DNA of 64,000 bases from Sumerlaeia bacterium (GTDB taxonomy: Bacteria; Sumerlaeota; Sumerlaeia; SLMS01; JAHLLQ01): assembly GCA_040219255.1 (NCBI GenBank), contig JAVJSW010000037.1:160001-224000 (forward strand). Direction: 5' to 3'. Shown in pieces: positions 41,127-50,221 of this stretch. The stretch's first letter is position 1. The number at the start of each line of letters is the position of its first letter. A program made the translations under genes and the position numbers. Under the pieces are notes generated by a model. The model did no database searches. It saw only the letters and a program-made list of their open reading frames with translations, and was not told the DNA's origin.

Positions 41127-42140
41127 GTGAAATCAAACGATGCCCCAGTCGCGCCGCCGGAGCTTGCCGGCTACTCGATCGTCCGGCTCGCCGGAACGGG
41201 AGGAATGGGCTACGTCTACGAAGCCCGTCAGGAATCCCTCGACCGCCGCGTCGCGATCAAAATGATTCGCTGCGACCGGCTGGGGAAAAACCGCCTCGCT
41301 TTGGAGGCTTTGCTCTCCGAGGCGAAAGCCCTCGCCCGCGCCAGCGCCCACCCCAACGTCGCCCAGATTCACGACATCGTCCGCGACGCCCACGGCCGCT
41401 CCTGCATCGTCATGGAGTATCTGGAGGGATTGACGGTGGACGTGATGATGCGCCACCGGCACGAATTCACCCTCAAGGAAAGCGTGCGCATCGCGCGCGA
41501 CGTGGCCCGCGCCGTGGCGTACACGCACGCCAAAGGCATCGTCCATCGCGATATCAAGCCGGCCAATGTCATGCTCCGGAGCGACGGCCTGGTGAAGCTG
41601 CTCGATTTTGGCGTCGCGAGGCCGGTGGATCAACTTCGCGATTCGGAGGAGATCGCCGGCACGTTGCTCTTCATGGCGCCGGAGATGGCTAGGGGCGAGA
41701 CCTCGGGCGATTTCGCCAGCGATATTTTCTCCCTTAGCGTGCTGCTTTTCGCCATGGCTACCAAGCGCCTGCCTTTTGTGAAGCCCATGGATTACGACCT
41801 GGTGGGGCCGCCGCGGGCGCTCAATACGGAAATCCCGGAAAGGCTCGAAAGCACGCTTCTGCGCGGATTGGACCCCGAGCCTCGGCGCCGCATCGCCACC
41901 GCGGAAAAGCTGGCGGACGAACTCGACCTCTTCCTGGATCAATACAACTCGGCGGACACGCTGCTGCTCTGCGTCGAGGACAGCGCCGAGGAGGCTTGTC
42001 TTCCCAATTTCGCCGGCATCGAGCGGGTCAAGCTGTCCGAAGCGCTTGGGATCTCCGTGGACCCGGCGATGTTCGCGCAAGTGGGTGAAACGGAATATCA
42101 ACCGCTCGGTGGCCCTCGCGCCGCCCATCCTTCGCTTTAG
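41127..42140 (+). CDS. Cytoplasmic Hanks-type Ser/Thr protein kinase
   Basis: GTGGMGYVY, VAIK, HRDIKPAN, DFG, APE; no transmembrane segment. Confidence 0.9.
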   Translation: MKSNDAPVAPPELAGYSIVRLAGTGGMGYVYEARQESLDRRVAIKMIRCDRLGKNRLALEALLSEAKALARASAHPNVAQIHDIVRDAHGRSCIVMEYLEGLTVDVMMRHRHEFTLKESVRIARDVARAVAYTHAKGIVHRDIKPANVMLRSDGLVKLLDFGVARPVDQLRDSEEIAGTLLFMAPEMARGETSGDFASDIFSLSVLLFAMATKRLPFVKPMDYDLVGPPRALNTEIPERLESTLLRGLDPEPRRRIATAEKLADELDLFLDQYNSADTLLLCVEDSAEEACLPNFAGIERVKLSEALGISVDPAMFAQVGETEYQPLGGPRAAHPSL

Positions 42141-42229
42141 GACTCTGATCCTCCATGAAGTGGCCTTGACCCCATGGGGGGGGTGGTCTGCTTGAATCCC
42201 GCACGGATTCTTGCCGGAAGGACGGATTC

Positions 42230-43315
42230 ATGGCGGGACCCTACCGCGCGCTGGCACTTCTCGACCGCGACGGCACCCTGATCGAAGAACGGCATTACCT
42301 GAGCGACCCTACCGAGGTGGTCCTGCTGCCCCGGGCGGCGCGGGCGATTCGCTTGCTCCACGAGCAAGGCATCGCGGCCGTCGTTTGCACAAACCAGTCG
42401 GGCGTCGCCCGAGGCTATTTCAGTGAAGCCGACGTCGAAGCGGTTCATCGCCGGATGGAAGAACTCCTGGCGGGCGAAGGGGCGCGGCTGGACGCGATTC
42501 TTACCTGCCCGGCCCATGAAGATGCCGTGGAAGCCCGCTTCCGGGAAGGGCTCGACCGGCGCAAGCCGGCTCCCGGAATGGCGCGCGAGGCCCAGGCGTT
42601 GCTTGGCCTGGAGGACGCCCCCGTCTTTGCCATCGGCGACAAGCTCATCGACGGGGAATTCGGCCGCGCGGCGGGGGGTGAGGGCCTGCTTGTCCGCACC
42701 GGCCACGGCGCCCGCCTCACCGCCTCTGAGATCGGCGGCTGGCCGGTCTTTGCCGACGTGTACGATGCCGTGAGCGCGGTCGTGAACGCCCTCATCTTGA
42801 AGACCTTTCCCGAGGATGCCGTCCTGGCGCGCAAGCTCAGGACGCCGGGCCAGCTCAGGGGAGTCGCCGAGGGCCTGCGGAGCGCGGGCAAGACCTCGGT
42901 TCTCGCCAACGGCTGCTTCGATATCCTCCACGGCGGTCACATCAGCTTTCTGGAAAGCGCGAAGGATCAAGCCGATGCGCTGATTCTGGCGGTGAACTCG
43001 AACGCTTCGATCGGACGGCTCAAGGGGGAGGGCCGGCCACTGCTTGCGGAACCGGAGCGGCTCCAACTGCTCGCGGCGCTCGAAGCGGTCGATTACCTGA
43101 CCGTGTTCCATCCCGATTCGGCGGACGAAGCGTTGGAAGAAATCCTCCCTGATTTTCACGCCAAAGGAACGGATTATCGCAGCGATAACGTTCCCGAACT
43201 CAGGACTTCGCGGCGATTGGGCATCGGCACCATCATCGCGGGGGCGCCCAAGGAGAACAGTACCCGCGACGTCATTGAAGTCGTGGCCGAGCGAAGCCGG
43301 GCCGGCGTCCTCTAG
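42230..43315 (+). CDS. Fusion of heptose 1,7-bisphosphate phosphatase (GmhB) and heptose-1-P adenylyltransferase (HldC/RfaE2)
   Basis: DRDGTL, TNQSGVARG, RKPAPGM, IGDK; then NGCFDILHGGH, RLKGEGRP, KGTDY. Confidence 0.88.
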   Translation: MAGPYRALALLDRDGTLIEERHYLSDPTEVVLLPRAARAIRLLHEQGIAAVVCTNQSGVARGYFSEADVEAVHRRMEELLAGEGARLDAILTCPAHEDAVEARFREGLDRRKPAPGMAREAQALLGLEDAPVFAIGDKLIDGEFGRAAGGEGLLVRTGHGARLTASEIGGWPVFADVYDAVSAVVNALILKTFPEDAVLARKLRTPGQLRGVAEGLRSAGKTSVLANGCFDILHGGHISFLESAKDQADALILAVNSNASIGRLKGEGRPLLAEPERLQLLAALEAVDYLTVFHPDSADEALEEILPDFHAKGTDYRSDNVPELRTSRRLGIGTIIAGAPKENSTRDVIEVVAERSRAGVL

Positions 43316-43354
43316 GACAAGGGCCGCACCATTGCATATTCGACTGGATCTTTC

Positions 43355-44839
43355 ATGCCTACAGTAGATCAACCGACCGCCTGGACCAGAAAGCCCTGCA
43401 CGAAGGTCGTGGCCACCGTCGGACCCGCCTGCTCCAGCGCCCAGATGCTGGCCCGCCTTGTCCTGGCCGGGGCCAGCGTGTTCCGCCTCAACTTCTCGCA
43501 TGGCGACCACGAAGACAAAGCGGAGGTCATTGCACGCATTCGCCAGGTGGCGAAAGACATCGGCCGCCCCTTGGGCATCCTGGCGGACCTCTCCGGTCCG
43601 AAATTGCGCATGGGCCTGATTCCGGGCGGCGAGGTCGTCCTCCAGCCCGAGCAAGTCATCTGTCTCTCCTCTGAAGCCAAAGACAACGAGGCCGAACCCT
43701 ACCGGGTGAACGTGGAAAATTTCCACGCGTTGATGCACGAAGGCATGCAGGTGCTCCTGGATGACGGCATGGTGAAGCTGGAGATCGAGCGGATCGAGGG
43801 AGCGAACGTTTACTGCAAGGTCCTCAACCACACGGAGTGTGTGCTCAAGTCGCGCAAGGGCGTGAACCTGCCGGGCGCTTACCTGCCTATTCCCGCTCTG
43901 ACCGAGAAGGACCGGGCGGACTTGAAGTTCGCCCTCGAGCAGAACGTCGACATGATCGCCCTCAGCTTCGTCCGCAATCCCAAGGACCTGGACGACGCCC
44001 GCGAGGCGATGCGGGGTTTCGGCAAGATGCTGCCCCTGATCGCCAAGATCGAAAAATCGGAAGCAGTCGATGAACTCGAGGCCATCATCGACCGTTGCGA
44101 CGGCGCCATGGTGGCGCGCGGAGACCTCGGCGTGGAAATTCCCATCCACATGGTCCCCAAGATCCAGCGCCGCATCATCGCCATGTGCAACAAGGTCGCC
44201 AAGCCGGTCATCACAGCGACCCAGATGCTCAACAGCATGATCGAGAACCCGGTGCCGACGCGGGCCGAGGTGACCGACATCTACAACGCCATCCTCGACG
44301 GAACGGACGCGGTGATGCTCTCGGGCGAGACCGCGACGGGCAGCTATCCGCTGCAATGCGTGGAAGTGATGCACGCGGTGGCGCGTCAGGCCGAGGAGGA
44401 CCTGCTCGCCAATCGCGACCGCGCCGTGGCCGCGACCGAGCACTCGACCAACATCCCCATCGCCGACGCGGTCAGCCTGGCGGCGGTCAATATCGCCCGC
44501 ACGATCAAGGCCGACGTTATCATCTGTCCGACGTTCTCTGGCACGACGGCGCGGCGCATTTCGAGCTTCCGCCCCCCCTGCCGGGTCATCGCGACCTCGA
44601 CCGAGGAACCGACCGTCGACTTCCTGAGCCTGTCCTGGGGCGTCCACCCGCGCATCATGGATCAGTTGTGGGGCACCGTGATGGAACTGGGCGAGAGCGA
44701 CGCCATTCTCCACGCCTCGGTCCGGTGCGCCAAGCGCGCCGGTCTGGTGCGTCCCGGGATGCTGGCGGTGATCGTGGCCGGATTGCCGCTCCAGGTGGCG
44801 GGCAAGACCAACTTCCTGCGCGTCATGGAAATCGATTGA
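43355..44839 (+). CDS. pyk: Pyruvate kinase
   Basis: TKVVATVGPA, RLNFSHG, IAKIE, MVARGDLGVE, ATQML, MLSGETA. Confidence 0.97.
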   Translation: MPTVDQPTAWTRKPCTKVVATVGPACSSAQMLARLVLAGASVFRLNFSHGDHEDKAEVIARIRQVAKDIGRPLGILADLSGPKLRMGLIPGGEVVLQPEQVICLSSEAKDNEAEPYRVNVENFHALMHEGMQVLLDDGMVKLEIERIEGANVYCKVLNHTECVLKSRKGVNLPGAYLPIPALTEKDRADLKFALEQNVDMIALSFVRNPKDLDDAREAMRGFGKMLPLIAKIEKSEAVDELEAIIDRCDGAMVARGDLGVEIPIHMVPKIQRRIIAMCNKVAKPVITATQMLNSMIENPVPTRAEVTDIYNAILDGTDAVMLSGETATGSYPLQCVEVMHAVARQAEEDLLANRDRAVAATEHSTNIPIADAVSLAAVNIARTIKADVIICPTFSGTTARRISSFRPPCRVIATSTEEPTVDFLSLSWGVHPRIMDQLWGTVMELGESDAILHASVRCAKRAGLVRPGMLAVIVAGLPLQVAGKTNFLRVMEID

Positions 44840-45477
44840 GCCGCCAAGGCGCGCCCGTCGCCGCGGCCATTCTGGCGGCGGGGGAGTCCCGGCGCATGGG
44901 CCGGCCGAAGCCGTTCCTGCCGCTGGGCGACAGTTCGTTTCTGGAGACGATCCTCTCGCGCCTCGGCGAGGCGGGCCTCGATCACTGTATCGTCATCGCA
45001 AATCCTGAACAGGCAGAGCTGTACGCGAACCGGGAACTGGCTGGCGCCCGGGTGATCTACAACCCGGCGGTGCAGCTCGGACAGTTCGAGTCCATGCGCC
45101 TCGCGGTGCGCCACGCGCCCCCCCATTGCCAGTGGCTGCTCCTGACGCCGGTGGACATTCCGGCGATTTCCGCCGCGAGTTACCGCGTCGTCGCCGAGGC
45201 GTGCCAGTCCGCCCCGGCGGATGCCATCGCGGTTGCCGCGTTCCGGGGAGAGTGGGGCCATCCCTTGGCCCTGCCGCGCGGTCTTTTTCGGACATTCCTC
45301 GATTGGGACGGCCCCATGGGGGCGCGCGGTTTTCTGGAGCGCCACGCCTCGCGGGTGTCGCCGGTCGAGACGGGGGACCGGGCGATCCTGCGGGACGCGG
45401 ACACGCCGGAGGAATATGACCGGCTCGTGAGGAATTTTCCGACTCCTTGCTTGCCGCCAGAAACGGACTTGTCCTAG
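44836..45477 (+). CDS. MocA/MobA-like nucleotidyltransferase
   Basis: ILAAGESRRMGRPK, GHP, DADTPEEY; TTG start overlaps the pyk stop. Confidence 0.85.
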   Translation: MSRQGAPVAAAILAAGESRRMGRPKPFLPLGDSSFLETILSRLGEAGLDHCIVIANPEQAELYANRELAGARVIYNPAVQLGQFESMRLAVRHAPPHCQWLLLTPVDIPAISAASYRVVAEACQSAPADAIAVAAFRGEWGHPLALPRGLFRTFLDWDGPMGARGFLERHASRVSPVETGDRAILRDADTPEEYDRLVRNFPTPCLPPETDLS

Positions 45478-45563
45478 AGGATATCTCCGTTGGCAGGCGG
45501 TTGACCCCGCCGAGCGGGACGCGCCCGCACCACGTTACGCTTCGAGAAAGGTTTGGACCGCTC

Positions 45564-45722
45564 ATGCAGACTCCGGAAGAACTGCTGAAACAGCTCGCCG
45601 ACCTCATTCAAGAGAAGGATGAGGTGATCGAGGAGCAGATGCGCCAGATCCTGGACCTTGAAGACCGGGCGGCGGTGATGGAAGAAGAACTCAAGCGGCT
45701 GCGCCAGCAGGCCGGCAAATGA
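45564..45722 (+). CDS. Small coiled-coil protein (52 aa)
   Basis: MQTPEELLKQLADLIQEKDEVIEEQMRQILDLE...; heptad pattern, AAAGG upstream. Confidence 0.6.
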   Translation: MQTPEELLKQLADLIQEKDEVIEEQMRQILDLEDRAAVMEEELKRLRQQAGK

Positions 45723-45766
45723 GTGGATTGACAGGTTGGCGTCGATTGGTTCGCCGGAAGGATAGC

Positions 45767-46339
45767 ATGAGCGGGAATCGGTTTTTCACGGGTGGCCTTC
45801 TGTTGGCCGCTCTCATCGCGTTTTTAGGGGCCGGTTGCGGCAAGAAGAAGCTGGAACCGGACATCGATTTTTCCATCAATGTGATGCCCGTGCCGCAATG
45901 GTGGCCGCGGGAGGACAAGGACTGGCCGGAAATCCCCGCCGCCCGCGAAGCCCAGCAGCAAGTCTGGGCCGAACGCGGCACCCCCGATTACTTCCGCATC
46001 GTCTACACCGCCGACCGGCGCATCGTGCGCCAGCCCGAGCTGGGCACCGGCCGCATGGCCGGCAAGAAGGATCAGGTCGAGCTGGAGTGGATTTACTTCG
46101 AGGACGGCGAAGTCATCTCCTTCGCCGGACCGAAGGTCAAGGAGCGCGACATCGACGACCAGCTCCGCACCGTCTGCAAGTACGGCGACCCCAGCGAAAT
46201 CAAGACATGGCCCGAAGTTGGCGTCGAACGCAGCAGCTTCACCTACTACGACCACGGAAAGACCTTCTATTTCGTGGACGGCGCGCTGACGGACACTTAC
46301 GAGTTCAAGCCGATGGCGGGCTTTGGCCCCGAGTTCTAA
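45767..46339 (+). CDS. Hypothetical lipoprotein
   Basis: Lipobox LGAGC; AAGGA RBS. Confidence 0.75.
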   Translation: MSGNRFFTGGLLLAALIAFLGAGCGKKKLEPDIDFSINVMPVPQWWPREDKDWPEIPAAREAQQQVWAERGTPDYFRIVYTADRRIVRQPELGTGRMAGKKDQVELEWIYFEDGEVISFAGPKVKERDIDDQLRTVCKYGDPSEIKTWPEVGVERSSFTYYDHGKTFYFVDGALTDTYEFKPMAGFGPEF

Positions 46340-46415
46340 AGTTCGCCGGCCCTGGCTGCCCCCCTCAACTCTCCCCCTCACCTCCCGATTTTCTCTCAAA
46401 GATTGGATTCGCCCC

Positions 46416-46991
46416 ATGACCGAATCGACCACCGGCACGTTGACAAACCCATTGCATGCAAATTTGTGCGATATTCTTTTCACGGAAGAGGAAATCGCGC
46501 GGCGCACCTCGGAATTGGGGCTCCAGATTTCCAAGGACTATGAGGGCAAGAACCTGGTGCTCGTGGGCATTTTGCGCGGCGCCTTGATTTTTCTGTCCGA
46601 TCTGTCCCGTTCCATCACCGTGCCTCATTCCTGGGACATGGTGGGGGCTTCCTCGTACCACGGCGGCACCGGGTCTTCGGGCCGGGTGCAGATCACCAAG
46701 GATGTGGAAGTGGATCTGCGCGACAAGCACGTCCTGGTGGTGGAGGACATTTACGATTCGGGGCGGACGCTGTCGGCGATCTGCGATTTGCTGATGGTGC
46801 ACCGGCCGCTGTCGGTCAAGGTTTGCACGCTGCTTTACAAGGAGAAGCCGGAACGGGCGGCGAAGACGCCGATCGATTACTTCGGCTTCCGGATCAAGGA
46901 CAAGTTCGTGGTGGGCTACGGCCTGGATTACGAGGAAATGTACCGAAATCTGAGGATGATCGGCGTTCTGGACCCGAGCATCTACAGCTAA
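46416..46991 (+). CDS. hpt: Hypoxanthine phosphoribosyltransferase
   Basis: GILRGA, SSY, VLVVEDIYDSGRTL, FVVGYGLDY. Confidence 0.95.
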   Translation: MTESTTGTLTNPLHANLCDILFTEEEIARRTSELGLQISKDYEGKNLVLVGILRGALIFLSDLSRSITVPHSWDMVGASSYHGGTGSSGRVQITKDVEVDLRDKHVLVVEDIYDSGRTLSAICDLLMVHRPLSVKVCTLLYKEKPERAAKTPIDYFGFRIKDKFVVGYGLDYEEMYRNLRMIGVLDPSIYS

Positions 46992-47159
46992 TCGAACTTT
47001 TCCCGAACATCGGGCACTTTTCCGTTGATCTGGGCGGAGGTGTTTGGCTTAGTTCGGCGCCCTTCGCGCGTGGTAAGTTGTGGGCACGCGCAGGAAAGTG
47101 GCAGGCCCGACGACCTGGTCCAGCTTTCCCTTCTCTGGTTTTTTCTAAGGAGTCGTCCA

Positions 47160-47642
47160 ATGAATCCCGTTATTCAGGAAGTTGAAGCTTCCCAGCTTAA
47201 GCAAGATATTCCGTTCTTTCGCCCCGGTGACACGGTCCGCGTGATGGTTCGGATTGTGGAAGGCAACAAGGAGCGCGTGCAGCCCTTCGAGGGTGTCGTG
47301 ATCCGCCGCAAAGGCAGTGGCATCCGCGAGACCTTCACGGTCCGCCGCGTGTCTTTCAACGTCGGCATGGAGCGCATTTTCCCGCTCCACAGTCCGCGCA
47401 TCGAATCGATCAAGGTTCTCACCCGCAGCAAGGTGCGCCGCGCCAAGCTGTATTACCTGCGCAGCCGCCGCGGCAAGAGCGCCCGTCTTGAAGAGCGCCG
47501 TATCGGAGCCGACAAGCTGGCCCGCGAAGCCTCGGTCAAGCAGACCAAGATCGAAAACCAGATCGCGCTGGCCAAGGCCAGCGAGTCCGCCACCGCTTCC
47601 CAAGCCCCCTCGGAAGAACCCTCCTCCCAAGGCGCTGAGTAG
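47160..47642 (+). CDS. rplS: 50S ribosomal protein L19
   Basis: [41 protein letters not shown]; AAGGAG RBS. Confidence 0.97.
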   Translation: MNPVIQEVEASQLKQDIPFFRPGDTVRVMVRIVEGNKERVQPFEGVVIRRKGSGIRETFTVRRVSFNVGMERIFPLHSPRIESIKVLTRSKVRRAKLYYLRSRRGKSARLEERRIGADKLAREASVKQTKIENQIALAKASESATASQAPSEEPSSQGAE

Positions 47643-47691
47643 TTCCTGGCGAAGAGGGATCGGGTCCGCCCGGTTCCTCTTTCCTCTCTTT

Positions 47692-47721
47692 GCCCCGGAG
47701 CCCGCGCTTCGGGGCTTTTTT
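47692..47721 (+). terminator. Intrinsic terminator of rplS
   Basis: GCCCCGGAGC-ccgc-GCTTCGGGGC-TTTTTT. Confidence 0.85.
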
Positions 47722-47759
47722 CGCTTTTTATCCCATACCTTCTTTGGAAAGTGCAACCC

Positions 47760-48785
47760 ATGCGCCACACCATCCGTCCCCTCGATCTGAAGCTGCGCCA
47801 TCCCTTCGGCATCTCCCGCGGAACCTCCACCGAAGTTCCCGTCTTCCTGCTTGAACTGGAGGGCGGTGGCCTGGGCGAAGGCTCGGCGGTGCGTTACAAA
47901 GGCGAGAATATCGAGGAGTCGCGAGCCAAGGCGTCTCAACTGGCGGAAAGCCTGAGCGAGCAGGAACTCTTCGACCTTCAGCATGTGATGCGGCGAGCGA
48001 AGGACATGACGCCAAAGAACAGCGCGGCCCGTACCGCCTTCGATCTGGCCATCCACGACCGCATCGGCAAGCAACTCGGCATCCCGCTCTACAAGCTGTT
48101 CGGCCTGCCGCCCGCCCGTGGCGCGGCCTCCTCGATCACCATCGGTCTGGACACGGACGAGAAGATGGCGGAGAAGGCGCGTGAGCAGGCGCACGTGCCG
48201 ATCCTGAAGGTGAAGCTGGGGCGTGACGACGCGGACCGCGACATCGCGACGCTCAAGGCCGTTCGCGAGGCGGCGCCGAACGTGAAGAATCTGTCGGTGG
48301 ACGCCAACGCCGGCTGGTCGCTGGACACGGCGATCCAGTGCGCCAAGGCCTTCGCCGACATGGGCGTGAGCTTCCTTGAGCAGCCCCTCGCCATCGGCAA
48401 CCTAGAGGAACTCGGCAAGTTGAAGCGGCAGAGCCCGCTGCCGATCATCGCCGACGAAGACGCGCAGGATTCGGCGTCGCTGCCGGCGCTGCTGGGCAAA
48501 GTCGACGGTATCAACATTAAGCTGATGAAGTGCGGCGGGCTCTGGGACGCGCGGAAAATGATCGCCTTCGCCGAAGCGGTGGGCTGGCGGATCATGCTGG
48601 GCTGCATGATCGAAACGGGCGTGGGGATCGCGGCGGCGTCGCACCTGGCCGGGGCGGCGGAGGTTTATGACCTGGACTCGGAGCTGTTGATCGCAAACAA
48701 TCCGATCGCTCCGAGCGTCTTGAATAGCGACGGTCTGCTGACCACGCCGGATGGCCCGGGCCTGGGGGTTGGCATCGCGGGATAG
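47760..48785 (+). CDS. L-Ala-D/L-Glu dipeptide epimerase (enolase superfamily)
   Basis: FGISRG, KVK, DANAGW, EQP, ADE, NIKLMKCGG, GCMIE, DLD. Confidence 0.9.
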   Translation: MRHTIRPLDLKLRHPFGISRGTSTEVPVFLLELEGGGLGEGSAVRYKGENIEESRAKASQLAESLSEQELFDLQHVMRRAKDMTPKNSAARTAFDLAIHDRIGKQLGIPLYKLFGLPPARGAASSITIGLDTDEKMAEKAREQAHVPILKVKLGRDDADRDIATLKAVREAAPNVKNLSVDANAGWSLDTAIQCAKAFADMGVSFLEQPLAIGNLEELGKLKRQSPLPIIADEDAQDSASLPALLGKVDGINIKLMKCGGLWDARKMIAFAEAVGWRIMLGCMIETGVGIAAASHLAGAAEVYDLDSELLIANNPIAPSVLNSDGLLTTPDGPGLGVGIAG

Positions 48786-48804
48786 GGGCGTCGCGGCGTT
48801 TCCG

Positions 48805-48834
48805 TTGACACGCCCGGCGCGGCGTTCCTAGCGT
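48805..48834 (+). promoter_or_regulatory. sigma70-type promoter of yajC-HD-secDF
   Basis: TTGACA-N18-TAGCGT. Confidence 0.55.
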
Positions 48835-48874
48835 TCCCCGCTCTAAGTCGGCCAAGGTTTTTTCGGCCTCGGCC

Positions 48875-49369
48875 ATGGGTAGTGGCCGCGTGCCCCGCTC
48901 ATCTCAAGCTAACACGTTGGATTTCAAGACTTTGGATTTTTCTTTCATTCTCGCACAAGCCGCTGCCGCTCCTTCCGGAGCGGGTGGGGGCGATTTCGCA
49001 CAGATGCTCTTCTTCCTCGCCATGATGGGTGTGCTGGGCTATTTTATGCTCTACCGCCCGATGCAGAAGGAAAAAAAGCAGCGCCAGGAACTGATCGAGA
49101 GCCTTGGCAAAGGCGACAAGGTGGTGACGGCGGGTGGCATTCACGGCGTGATTGTGGAAACCGGCAAGAAAGACACGGCGGTGGTCGAGATCGCGAAGAA
49201 CACGCGCATCACGATCAACAAGGGGTCCCTGTCGGTGGTAAATCCGAAGGGCGCTGGCGGCTCGAAGCCGGATGCCAAGGATAAGGACAGCTCGAAGGAT
49301 CACACCAAGGAGCCTGCCGAGGACTCCAAACCGGCGTCCGGCGCCAAGAAGAAAGCAGCGGCGAGCTAA
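48875..49369 (+). CDS. yajC: Preprotein translocase subunit YajC
   Basis: YFMLYRPMQK, KGDKVVTAGGIHG; true start may be a downstream TTG. Confidence 0.92.
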   Translation: MGSGRVPRSSQANTLDFKTLDFSFILAQAAAAPSGAGGGDFAQMLFFLAMMGVLGYFMLYRPMQKEKKQRQELIESLGKGDKVVTAGGIHGVIVETGKKDTAVVEIAKNTRITINKGSLSVVNPKGAGGSKPDAKDKDSSKDHTKEPAEDSKPASGAKKKAAAS

Positions 49370-49384
49370 CGCCGCCCGGAGCCC

Positions 49385-50161
49385 ATGACGGAGATGCCTT
49401 CCCCCAAACCGCACCGCGCTTCATCCCGCCGCAGCCGCGCCACTTCCGGTCGCGGCGCGAGCACGGGCGCGCGGCCTGGCGGGGAGCCGGCCTATCGCAA
49501 ACTCAGTTTTCAGGACATCAAGAGCGACGGGGAGGTCCTGGCCCTGATCGAAGGGGCGGATCGCTCGTTGGCCGCCATGGGATTCACCGATCACGGCCTG
49601 CGGCACATCGCGCGGGTCGCCACCCGGGCGATGAAAATCGGCAAGGACTTGGACCTGACGCCGGACGAGCTGCGCCTGACAGGGATTTCCGCTTATCTGC
49701 ATGACATCGGCAACGCGGTGCATCGCGTCGGCCACGCGCAATCGAGTGCCATCATGGCGTTTACGCTGTTGCGCGAGCGAGGCATGGACCCGGCTGACAT
49801 CGCAATCGTCATGGGGGCCATCGGCAACCACGACGAAGGCGTCGGCGAACCGGTGAACAACCCCGGCGCGGCGCTTATTCTAGCGGATAAGAGCGATGTG
49901 CTGCGCAGCCGGGTTCGCAGCGAACGGCCGCTGGTGACGCGCGACATCCACGACCGGGTGAACTTCGCGGCGACGGACTCGCGCATCGACGTCAACAGCG
50001 AGGACCGGCTCATCACGCTTCGGCTCGAGATCGATACGAACGTGTCGCCGGTGATGGATTATTTCGAGATTTTCCTGGGCCGCATGTCGATGTGCCGGCG
50101 GGCCGCGAACTTTCTCAACTGCGATTTCCGTCTCGTGATCAACGGGACCACACTTTTGTAA
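49385..50161 (+). CDS. HD-domain phosphohydrolase
   Basis: GFTDHGLRH, YLHDIGN, NHDE, LADKSDV, DIHDRVN. Confidence 0.88.
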   Translation: MTEMPSPKPHRASSRRSRATSGRGASTGARPGGEPAYRKLSFQDIKSDGEVLALIEGADRSLAAMGFTDHGLRHIARVATRAMKIGKDLDLTPDELRLTGISAYLHDIGNAVHRVGHAQSSAIMAFTLLRERGMDPADIAIVMGAIGNHDEGVGEPVNNPGAALILADKSDVLRSRVRSERPLVTRDIHDRVNFAATDSRIDVNSEDRLITLRLEIDTNVSPVMDYFEIFLGRMSMCRRAANFLNCDFRLVINGTTLL

Positions 50162-50221
50162 AAAGACCACGATGGCTGGAACGATGCCATTGGCTTTCAC
50201 CATGGAACAAAGGGACGAACG

